From: Candidatus Woesebacteria bacterium
GTDB lineage: Bacteria > Patescibacteriota > Microgenomatia > UBA1400 > PJMF01
Length of the DNA: 64,000 bases
Direction of reading: 5' to 3'
NCBI GenBank assembly: GCA_017999345.1
Contig: JAGNLY010000002.1
Coordinates: 4,425-68,424, forward strand
Shown: piece by piece, positions 54,802-62,558 of the stretch
Position numbering within the stretch: position 1 is the stretch's first letter
Layout: the number at the start of each line of letters is the position of its first letter
Notes under the pieces: model-generated
The model's database searches: none
The model's input: the letters and a program-made list of their open reading frames with translations, nothing else
Told to the model about the DNA's origin: nothing
Made by a program: the position numbers and the translations under genes

Positions 54802-54872
54802 CAGGGCCAGAGGGAATCGAACCCCCGTCAAAGGTTTTGGAGACCTCTATTCTACCGCTAAACTATGGCCCT
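54802..54872 (-). tRNA. tRNA-Trp (anticodon CCA)
   Basis: AGGGCCA-TA-GTTT-AGCGGTA-GAAT-A-GAGGT-CTCCAAA-ACCTT-TGAC-GGGGG-TTCGATT-CCCTC-TGGCCCT-G; cloverleaf folds by hand; CCA end not encoded. Confidence 0.9.
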
Positions 54873-54995
54873 ACTCTTGATATCAAGCATTTTATCATTT
54901 TAAGTTCCAAAAATCCTAGATAAAGTATGTTTTTGAGAAATAAGCCAATAAATTAAAAACAAAAAACTTAAAAAATTACATAACCACAAGATAAT

Positions 54996-55313
54996 TTAAG
55001 CAAGGTTGTCAAGCTCATCGCCTGTTTGTCCATCACCCACCGCTGCTAACATTTTTAAATATTCATCGGCAAAAAAGCCATATTTAGAAATTACACCAAA
55101 CTGATTAATAATTTCCAAAGCGTCTTTAATATCATCTGCCTCAACCTCTAAATATCTAACTGCATTCAACAAAAAAATCTCAATTTCATCAAGAGCTCTT
55201 TTTCTTTCCGCGCCACCGTCATCACCAACTTGAAAACCATCAAGTATCGCCTGATTAACCCCATATTTCCTGGCTAATTCAATAATTCGCTCATCATCAA
55301 TTGTAATATCCAT
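54996..55313 (-). CDS. hypothetical acidic protein
   Basis: 105-aa ORF, no motif recognised. Confidence 0.5.
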   Translation of the reverse strand: MDITIDDERIIELARKYGVNQAILDGFQVGDDGGAERKRALDEIEIFLLNAVRYLEVEADDIKDALEIINQFGVISKYGFFADEYLKMLAAVGDGQTGDELDNLA

Positions 55314-55430
55314 AAGACATCCTTATGATATATATTATATCAAAAAATATCTTGCACACCATTTTAATCTTGGCTAACACTCCGACTTACCCACTGGCTA
55401 AAATATCTTCAATTAATATATACTCTAAGT

Positions 55431-56744
55431 ATGCCAGAACTTTTTGACCCCTACTTAGTAGAAACTTTCAAAAAAGATAGAAAATTCCTCGAAACTACCA
55501 AAATTCCAATCATTACTGTCTCAGCCAGTTACAAAGAAGACCTCAAGAAAAGCCATGGTTTTCCAAACAACGACACCGTTAAAGATGTGGTTTTTTCTAG
55601 AGCTCACTACTCGATGGCATTGGGTGTTGCAATCAAAATTTGGGGTGACAAAATTGATGCAAAAAAAGCTTGGATTGTTGATCCAACCAACTATGTTTCA
55701 CATAAAAATTGGTCTTCAATAGAACTAACCGAGCTAATCGGCAAAACGCTTGCTCGCCATCCACTATTAAAGAAAATTAAAGATTTAATCGACACTTTCG
55801 GAAGATCAAAACTTCCAATCCTAAAAAGCATTACACCGCCACTTTTACATCTAACTGAAAACATTCATTCGCCAATTCTCTCTTTCCACATTGCAGCAGG
55901 TAATATTTTGGCCGGACAAGGAAAGAAAATTGTTCAAGTAATTACTGACCCACATGTTAGAGAGGAATATGTTAAATTTGCGGATAAAAAAAATGTTAAG
56001 TTCTGCGTTTTTGATGAAGATACAAAGATCGAGTTTATGGAAAAAGCTGCCTTACTTGGAATTAAAGCCAATCCTGACAGAGTTATTGTCACTGGTCCTC
56101 CAATTGATCCACGTGTCATTCAAGCCAAAACCAAAAAACACCCATGGCGAAATGGCCCGATCAACCTTTGTATTACCACCGGTGGCCTAGGCACAAATAA
56201 AACTGAAATGATGGAACTTTTGGAACAAATTTTACCGGAACTTAGAAAGCAGAATCCAAAATACAAACTCCTTGTTTATACTAGTACCCATCAAGATATA
56301 AATTTAAAAGTTAGAGAACTTGCAGAAAAAAATCATGTCAAAGCATCTGATCTCAAAGAAAAATCTGCCAAACTTAGAATTATTCACCACCCACAGTTAG
56401 TTGATGCTAATGAAATGTTAGTTAAATACGCTTTTCCTTGGGCAGATGGCTTCCTAACCAAGCCTTCAGGAGACATGGCCTATGATGTTGCCGTCTCTGG
56501 ATCTTTTATACTCACTTTGGCAGAATGGGGCGAATGGGAAGAGAAAATTAGAGAAATTTTTGAACAAAAAGACATTGCTAGAAAAGCTATCTCAGATAAT
56601 ATCGTAGCGCAGTTGGAAGTCCTGTCATCAGCTTCAGAAAAATCGCAGTCATGGATTGAAAAAGCCATGAACCAAGCTCACTCTATCGAGCCTCTTTTCT
56701 TGAATGGAGCAAAAGAAATTATCAAAGTTGTTGAAGAATTCTAA
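55431..56744 (+). CDS. GT-B-fold glycosyltransferase (UgtP/MGDG-synthase/MurG-like)
   Basis: LCITTGGLGTNK and FLTKPSGDMAYDVAVSGSFIL resemble the C-terminal nucleotide-sugar-binding half of GT28-type enzymes. Confidence 0.5.
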   Translation: MPELFDPYLVETFKKDRKFLETTKIPIITVSASYKEDLKKSHGFPNNDTVKDVVFSRAHYSMALGVAIKIWGDKIDAKKAWIVDPTNYVSHKNWSSIELTELIGKTLARHPLLKKIKDLIDTFGRSKLPILKSITPPLLHLTENIHSPILSFHIAAGNILAGQGKKIVQVITDPHVREEYVKFADKKNVKFCVFDEDTKIEFMEKAALLGIKANPDRVIVTGPPIDPRVIQAKTKKHPWRNGPINLCITTGGLGTNKTEMMELLEQILPELRKQNPKYKLLVYTSTHQDINLKVRELAEKNHVKASDLKEKSAKLRIIHHPQLVDANEMLVKYAFPWADGFLTKPSGDMAYDVAVSGSFILTLAEWGEWEEKIREIFEQKDIARKAISDNIVAQLEVLSSASEKSQSWIEKAMNQAHSIEPLFLNGAKEIIKVVEEF

Positions 56745-56793
56745 TTTTCTACAAATAATTTGGATTTTGACCAACCCATTAGATTGGTATTAA

Positions 56794-56997
56794 TTATTTA
56801 AGCTTCTTAGATTGCTTGTGATCAGTGTGCTTGCGACAAACTTTGCAGTATTTACTGATTGGAAAAGTTGCTTCGTTAGTGGTTTGCTTTTTGAGTTGTT
56901 CATTGTTTTTGTTGAACTCTGTAACATAACCAAATGCACTACAAACACTGCATTTTAAACCTACTATTTGTCTTGGACCCTTACTTTTTTTTGCCAT
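56794..56997 (-). CDS. rpmG: 50S ribosomal protein L33
   Basis: MAKKSKGPRQIVGLKCSVCS..YCKVCRKHTDHKQSK: L33 zinc-ribbon pattern with a short insert. Confidence 0.88.
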   Translation of the reverse strand: MAKKSKGPRQIVGLKCSVCSAFGYVTEFNKNNEQLKKQTTNEATFPISKYCKVCRKHTDHKQSKKLK

Positions 56998-57127
56998 ATT
57001 TACTTTATCTTATTTAGATCACTACCTGTGTTTATTTTTCTGTAAAAATTAAACAGAGCCGTATTATACCTCAGAATATCGTCTCTGACTATGGTCATTC
57101 GCCTAGAATCAAATCACCAAAGTAATG

Positions 57128-57200
57128 AGCCACCTCAGAGATTCGAACTCTGGACCTACTGTTTACAAAACAGTTGCTCTACCAACTGAGCTAAGGTGGC
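57128..57200 (-). tRNA. tRNA-Thr (anticodon TGT)
   Basis: GCCACCT-TA-GCTC-AGTTGGTA-GAGC-A-ACTGT-TTTGTAA-ACAGT-AGGTC-CAGAG-TTCGAAT-CTCTG-AGGTGGC-T. Confidence 0.92.
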
Positions 57201-57204
57201 ACTG

Positions 57205-57287
57205 TGCCAGGTAAAGGATTCGAACCTCTGAAGACGTACGTCAGCAGATTTACAGTCTGCCCCCGTTGACCACTTGGGTAACCTGGC
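57205..57287 (-). tRNA. tRNA-Tyr (anticodon GTA), class II with long variable arm
   Basis: GCCAGGT..GCAGA-CTGTAAA-TCTGC-TGACGTACGTCTTC-AGAGG-TTCGAAT-CCTTT-ACCTGGC-A; 83 nt. Confidence 0.92.
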
Positions 57288-57418
57288 TTATTAGCAATTA
57301 CTTGCTACACACTTTAGTTATTAATTTGCTTTAAACATTGATTGATCAAACATAAATCAATCAATAACTCGACTATATTATATCAGCATAGACACAAACT
57401 TGCAGATAAATCGAAGTG

Positions 57419-57490
57419 AGCCCAGGGAGGGAATCGGACCCTCGACCTCTTTCTTACCAAGAAAGCGTTCTGCCACTGAACTACCTGGGC
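57419..57490 (-). tRNA. tRNA-Thr (anticodon GGT)
   Basis: GCCCAGG-TA-GTTC-AGTGGCA-GAAC-G-CTTTC-TTGGTAA-GAAAG-AGGTC-GAGGG-TCCGATT-CCCTC-CCTGGGC-T. Confidence 0.9.
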
Positions 57491-57570
57491 AGCTCATTTA
57501 AAGTTATGTCTGCGTAAGATTGGAATTTTATCACTAAACAATCTTAAAATCATTAGTCATAAAAATAACA

Positions 57571-57710
57571 GCCGAGCGTGAAGGAGTTGAGTTTTCCCGC
57601 AAAAAGCAGGTGGGTAGGAAACTTCCAACACCACGGTGTTGGCAGATAATCCATGAACCCGTCATAAAAATCGTTCAGGAAAAATATGTTACGACCCCTT
57701 CACGCTCGAC
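57571..57710 (-). ncRNA. candidate structured RNA of unknown family
   Basis: 14-bp closing helix 57571-57584/57697-57710, 7-bp helix 57592-57598/57678-57684, hairpins 57625-57642 and 57654-57677; two G-U pairs exist only in the minus-strand reading. Confidence 0.4.
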
Positions 57711-57723
57711 TGTTAAAGAACGG

Positions 57724-58614
57724 TTACTTTTTAAACTCTTGTAACCATGATTCCAATTTATCACCATAACTCTCATGTTCAATCACGAATCTCATGTGGG
57801 CTCTAAAATAATTCTCAGGGTCCCCTGTAGTAAGCCAAGTACCCTCACTCTTTCCTACCAAAATTCTACCTTTTCCTGCCATTTTAGTGATCGCGTCCAC
57901 TGTCCAAAGTTCATTATCTTTGCCCGTATTTGAACTGACCAAATGTTCAAATACTTCAGAAGTTAATAAATATCTACCATATGAAGCTAATCTTGAAGGC
58001 TCTGTGCCTTTATCTGGCTTTTCTACGATATTATCTAGGTCAGTCTCTGAACCTTCTTTAAAGGCAATAATTCCATATTTATCAACTACATTTGCTTCAA
58101 CTTCTTGAGCCATAATTACACCATCTACATCTGGATTTTGATCATAAAGATCAACCATAATTTTGGAATCACCAGGATTGCCAAAAACTACGTCATCACT
58201 ATACAAAACTAAGAAAGCTTCCTCGCCTTCTAAAAATTTTTGAGCAGAAACTACAGGAGAACCATTGCCATATGGCAAGGTTTCATCTTGAGTAATAACA
58301 ATTATTTTTGGAAAATCTAGAACTCTTTGCACCGGCTCATACCTGTCAGCCTTGCCCATGACTGTGAGCTGTTTTTTAATCTTGTTTACACTGTTATTGA
58401 AATAATCTTCATAAATTGGCTTACCTTCTGGAGTTGCCACAATGATTATTTCGTCAATGCCTGCTTCAACACATTCTTCGACAACATACTGCATGATTGG
58501 CTTGTTTCCTAGAGGAAGCATGCCTTTTGGAACTGTTTTAGTAATCGGTAAATATCGACTTGCAAAACCTGCATCTGTGATAACTGCTTTTCTTACTTTT
58601 TTTTCCATATTCAA
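57724..58614 (-). CDS. galU: UTP--glucose-1-phosphate uridylyltransferase
   Basis: KAVITDAGFASRYLPITKTVPKGMLPL (GxGxRxLPxTK), VLYSDDV, 296 aa. Confidence 0.9.
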   Translation of the reverse strand: MNMEKKVRKAVITDAGFASRYLPITKTVPKGMLPLGNKPIMQYVVEECVEAGIDEIIIVATPEGKPIYEDYFNNSVNKIKKQLTVMGKADRYEPVQRVLDFPKIIVITQDETLPYGNGSPVVSAQKFLEGEEAFLVLYSDDVVFGNPGDSKIMVDLYDQNPDVDGVIMAQEVEANVVDKYGIIAFKEGSETDLDNIVEKPDKGTEPSRLASYGRYLLTSEVFEHLVSSNTGKDNELWTVDAITKMAGKGRILVGKSEGTWLTTGDPENYFRAHMRFVIEHESYGDKLESWLQEFKK

Positions 58615-58685
58615 ACTCTCCTGTATTTATTTTAACATAATAAATACTTTTACTACTGTAAAAAAATAGTTTATACTAAAAATCA

Positions 58686-60248
58686 ATGCAAGAAAAATCA
58701 ACTACAACTAAAAGGTTGTTGGGTAACTTAAATAGACTCATGCCTTTCGTTGGCTTTTTGATGGTTATTGCTGGAATTATCGGACTAATTTTTGTTCAAA
58801 AACCACTTAATGAGACTCAAGATTTACGTAGCGATGCATCTCAAGAAGTTCAAACTATCTGGCCTGTAATTACTGCCACTAATCCTGATCAAGATTTTAC
58901 CGTCGATGAAGATTCTCAAATTCTTCTCAAACTCACAACAAGTGAGTTAACCCTCAAGAAATTAAACTTGGTTTTTAACATTATTAATAGTGATTTTGAA
59001 ACTCCAGAAGTATCAATCGTAAATACTGCCGAGCTCAAATCTAAAAAACTTGAAATCGAAAAAACAGAAGACGGCTATCTAGTAAACCTGCAAGCAGTTC
59101 CAGTTGACCAATCTGAAAAAACCTTTTCGTCTGATTCTACTTTATTAAGCATTGATTTCGTTCCTAAAAAAGCTGGCACAATTACAATTAGTTTCGATGA
59201 AGATAATAGTTATATAGATACCCCAAGCCTAGCCTATGCCATAGATACTCAAAATATAAACTTTGATATCAAAGACAAACAAAATGAGGAAAATGAAGAA
59301 GAAAACAAAACTAAATCATGTAACGAATCCTGTAGCTCCAATGGTGATTGTCAAGTAAATTACCGATGTTTTAATACTGGATCAGAAAACAAATGCAGAT
59401 TAGTCACAAATCCAAGTAGCGCTACCTGCTCTGTTGTACCAGTAGCACCTCTAAACAGACAATGTAATCAAGGCTGTGCCACTTCCAATGATTGTAAACA
59501 AGGCCTTACTTGCTGGCTAAATACTTGCAGAAATCCTGAAAATATTGAAAGTACTAGCTGTGCCAAGCTAACTTCCAACCAACAGACACAAGCCATCAAC
59601 AGCTGTGGTGAAGGCTGTTCGTCTAATGCAGATTGCGCTGTTAACTTTAGATGTTATAAAAATGAATGTAGATTGGCTTCAAACCCAAGTAGTCTCACAT
59701 GCTCTACTGCAACTGTAAAAACTGTTTCACTTATTTATGACAAAATTATAAAAGATGACAAAGAAACATCTGGCGAAGCTGAAGAAGTAGTTATCCCAAT
59801 CAAAAAAGGAGATAACTTAATCCCAGAAAGTGATCCAGTTATAGGTAAAATAGAAGAAGACAAACTAAATAATAGAGTTAATGCCAATCAAAATGAAGAA
59901 GTCCCTGCCGAAGAAACCGCCTTTGATTTTCTAATGAACATGCTCAAAGATAAGCAACAAAGCTTGCCAACAACTATCATTTTAATTGGAATTGGTCTAT
60001 TAGTTGCCTCGTTAATTGTCCTTTTGATTGCAAGATTGCTACATGCAAAACCAAGCACGACCAACATGAATTTGCACAAAAGTACTGATTTACTTAAAGA
60101 AAGAGTTGTCTCTCACGAGATAAATCCTACAGTCGCAAACACAGGCACCAGCGAATCAGAAAGACTTTTTACTCAAGAGATTGCTAAACAAGACAAGGTA
60201 AAAGATCTAATGAAAAGTCTGGAAGAACGGTCAAAAAACCAAAATTAA
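58686..60248 (+). CDS. membrane-anchored surface protein with three 6-Cys repeat modules
   Basis: N-terminal TM, beta-rich domain, three C-x3-C-x5-6-C-x5-C..C-R..NP-x-S-x-x-C modules (59319-59702), LPTT + TM near the C-terminus. Confidence 0.65.
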   Translation: MQEKSTTTKRLLGNLNRLMPFVGFLMVIAGIIGLIFVQKPLNETQDLRSDASQEVQTIWPVITATNPDQDFTVDEDSQILLKLTTSELTLKKLNLVFNIINSDFETPEVSIVNTAELKSKKLEIEKTEDGYLVNLQAVPVDQSEKTFSSDSTLLSIDFVPKKAGTITISFDEDNSYIDTPSLAYAIDTQNINFDIKDKQNEENEEENKTKSCNESCSSNGDCQVNYRCFNTGSENKCRLVTNPSSATCSVVPVAPLNRQCNQGCATSNDCKQGLTCWLNTCRNPENIESTSCAKLTSNQQTQAINSCGEGCSSNADCAVNFRCYKNECRLASNPSSLTCSTATVKTVSLIYDKIIKDDKETSGEAEEVVIPIKKGDNLIPESDPVIGKIEEDKLNNRVNANQNEEVPAEETAFDFLMNMLKDKQQSLPTTIILIGIGLLVASLIVLLIARLLHAKPSTTNMNLHKSTDLLKERVVSHEINPTVANTGTSESERLFTQEIAKQDKVKDLMKSLEERSKNQN

Positions 60249-60293
60249 GGTTCGTGTTTCAAATTATCAAGTTATTTGCTACAATACTTGCCT

Positions 60294-60473
60294 ATGCTTA
60301 AGGTCACAACTTATATCAGCGAAGTAACTCGTGAAATTAAAAAAGTTACGTGGCCAAGCAAGAAGCAAACTCAAAATATGACTTTGCTTGTTATTGGAGT
60401 TAGTTTGGTAGTTGGACTTTATATTGGCTTACTAGACACTATCTTTCAAAAACTAATGGCAAGTATTTTATAA
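60294..60473 (+). CDS. secE: preprotein translocase subunit SecE
   Basis: ..YISEVTREIKKVTWPSKKQT..single TM; immediately upstream of nusG; ATG 60294 preferred over TTG 60276. Confidence 0.85.
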   Translation: MLKVTTYISEVTREIKKVTWPSKKQTQNMTLLVIGVSLVVGLYIGLLDTIFQKLMASIL

Positions 60474-60487
60474 AAAGTAAAAAAAAT

Positions 60488-61108
60488 ATGACTGACAAAA
60501 CACAAATTGTACCAGAAGTACCAGAAATTCAAGAAGTTAAGGTTGAAACACCTAACTTGGTTAAAATTTCTAATGAAGAAAACAGCAAAGCTCGTTGGTA
60601 TGTTGTTCACACATATTCTGGACATGAAAATAAAGTTGCTGAAACACTCAAACAACGTGCTGAGACTCTTGATTTAACCAGCAAAATTATTGCTGTTTTG
60701 ATCCCAACTCAAGAAAAAATTCAAATTAAAAGAGGTCAAAAGAAAACTGTCAGTGAAAAAATCTTTCCAGGATACATGTTGGTCCAAATGGAACTAACCG
60801 ACAATTCTTGGTTAGCAGTTAGAACAACACAAGGTGTCACAGGATTTGTGGGTATTGGTAATAAGCCTACCCCACTCCCAAGACATGAAGTTGATGCAAT
60901 TAAGAAATATATGAGTCAAGGTGTGGCTCAATACAAAGCCGATTACGTTGAAGGTGAAGCTGTCAGAATTACTGATGGACCATTCAACGAATTTCTTGGA
61001 ACTGTTAACGAGATTGATGAAGAAAAAGGTCAAGTCGAAGTCTTGGTTAACATTTTCGGCAGAGAAACTCCAGTTACTCTGGATTTCCTCCAAGTTAAAA
61101 AGGTTTAA
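60488..61108 (+). CDS. nusG: transcription termination/antitermination factor NusG
   Basis: WYVVHTYSGHENKV NGN domain, KOW GEAVRITDGPFNEFLGTV. Confidence 0.95.
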   Translation: MTDKTQIVPEVPEIQEVKVETPNLVKISNEENSKARWYVVHTYSGHENKVAETLKQRAETLDLTSKIIAVLIPTQEKIQIKRGQKKTVSEKIFPGYMLVQMELTDNSWLAVRTTQGVTGFVGIGNKPTPLPRHEVDAIKKYMSQGVAQYKADYVEGEAVRITDGPFNEFLGTVNEIDEEKGQVEVLVNIFGRETPVTLDFLQVKKV

Positions 61109-61159
61109 AAATAGAAAGAGCGAATTGGAAGCAAAAAAGACTACCAAGCGCAAAAATAT

Positions 61160-61582
61160 ATGGCAAAAAAAATCGTTAACGTCCTCAAACTTAATCTTCC
61201 AGCAGGAACTGCAACCCCAGCTCCTCCAGTAGGACCAATTTTGGGTCAAGCTGGTATTAACATGATGGATTTCTTGAAGCAATACAATGCAAAAACTCAA
61301 GATCAAAAGGGACAAATTATTCCTGCAGAAATCACTGTTTATTCAGATAGATCTTTCACTTTTGAACTAAAGCTTCCTCCAGTATCAGCAATGATCATGC
61401 AAGCTTTAAAAATTAAAGCAGGAAGTCAAACACCAGGAAAAGCTGTTGCCGGAACTCTAACTTCAGATCAAGTTAGAGAGATTGCAACCAAAAAATTGCC
61501 AGACCTAAATACCAATGATGTCGAAGCAGCAATGAAAACTGTTGCTGGAGCAGCCAGAAGTATGGGCGTAACTGTTAAATAA
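61160..61582 (+). CDS. rplK: 50S ribosomal protein L11
   Basis: [22 protein letters not shown] signature. Confidence 0.95.
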   Translation: MAKKIVNVLKLNLPAGTATPAPPVGPILGQAGINMMDFLKQYNAKTQDQKGQIIPAEITVYSDRSFTFELKLPPVSAMIMQALKIKAGSQTPGKAVAGTLTSDQVREIATKKLPDLNTNDVEAAMKTVAGAARSMGVTVK

Positions 61583-61688
61583 ATTGTTTATAAATTATTA
61601 AAAATTAATATCATCTGTACTTAAAGTTAAGGTTTAACACCAACGAGTCCCCAAACTCGCACAGCTTTTAAGGAGATAGAAAGAAATT

Positions 61689-62414
61689 ATGGGAACAAAG
61701 AAAAAAAGTGTAGACATGTCTACAACTGAATCAACAGTTAAAATTGTTGAAGAGGTTAAAGAAGAGTCTCAACAAGAAGAAACAAAAGCTTCAAAGAAAA
61801 ATGGATTCGGCGGTAATGCCAACAGAAGACATAGAAGTAAAAAATATATTTCTTCTAAATCCAAAGTAGATAGAACTAAAAAATACCCAGCTTCCGAAGC
61901 TGTTGCTATTATCAAAAAACTTTCTTATTCAAGTTTTGATGGCACCATCACTCTTGACGGAGTTCTTAGAGAAGCAGGTAAAGTTGGCACATTCAGTTTG
62001 CCACACTCCACTGGAAAATCTATCAGAGTTGAAATCGTTACCGACGAGTTGATCGAAAAAATCACAGCCGGCAACCTCGATTTTGATGCTTTGGTCACCA
62101 CTCCAGCTTTTATGCCAAAATTAGCAAGATTAGCTAGAGTTTTGGGTCCAAAAGGCTTAATGCCTAACCCAAAGAATGGTACTGTTACATCAAAACCAAA
62201 AGAGAAAAAAGCAGAACTTGAAAAAGGTAGTTTTGAACTCAAAACAGAGAAAAAAGCTCCAGTAATTCATGTAAATATTGGAAAAATTTCAGCTGATGAC
62301 AAAAAATTAACTGAAAATATTGAATATTTATTAGGAAAAATCAGAGATAGAGTTATCCAAGCAAGTATTTCTGCAACTATGAGTCCAAGTATTAAACTTG
62401 AGATGATTAAGTAA
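61689..62414 (+). CDS. rplA: 50S ribosomal protein L1
   Basis: LGPKGLMPNPKNGTVT signature; about 40-aa charged N-terminal extension. Confidence 0.93.
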   Translation: MGTKKKSVDMSTTESTVKIVEEVKEESQQEETKASKKNGFGGNANRRHRSKKYISSKSKVDRTKKYPASEAVAIIKKLSYSSFDGTITLDGVLREAGKVGTFSLPHSTGKSIRVEIVTDELIEKITAGNLDFDALVTTPAFMPKLARLARVLGPKGLMPNPKNGTVTSKPKEKKAELEKGSFELKTEKKAPVIHVNIGKISADDKKLTENIEYLLGKIRDRVIQASISATMSPSIKLEMIK

Positions 62415-62490
62415 ACTATTTGCTAAAAAAATTTGCTGTGATTCCTGAGCTTAAACTTAGAATCAGGCAAAATCCAAATTAGAATTAAAT

Positions 62491-62518
62491 AAAAAACCGC
62501 CAGAAATGGCGGTTTTTT
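62491..62518. terminator. bidirectional intrinsic terminator between rplA and thrS
   Basis: AAAAAA-ccgcca-gaaa-tggcgg-TTTTTT: perfect 6-bp GC-rich stem, GAAA loop, A6/T6 flanks. Confidence 0.8.
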
Positions 62519-62558
62519 AAAAATTACAATCTTTTATTAATCTAAAGCTCTGTTCAAA

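Noticed and set aside
45000-55400. Prophage or conventional integrative element in the accessory zone
   Set aside because: There is no integrase, terminase, capsid, portal, tail, replication-initiator or conjugation gene recognisable. The ORFs are small orphans with individual promoters.
57571-57710. Identification of the structured element as SRP (4.5S) RNA, 5S rRNA or 6S RNA
   Set aside because: On neither strand is there a helix-8 GNRA tetraloop flanked by the AGG/AGCA loops. The only GCAA..AGCAGG stretch cannot form the closing pairs. 5S loop C/E sequences are absent. The three-way architecture does not fit the single-bubble hairpin of 6S. It is kept only as an unknown ncRNA candidate.
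61583-61688. Possible L1-binding autoregulatory leader between rplK and rplA (hairpins gttaa-ggt-ttaac and cgagt-ccccaa-actcg)
   Set aside because: The hairpins are short. I cannot show a mimic of the 23S rRNA L1-binding site by eye, so the evidence is insufficient to call a regulatory RNA.
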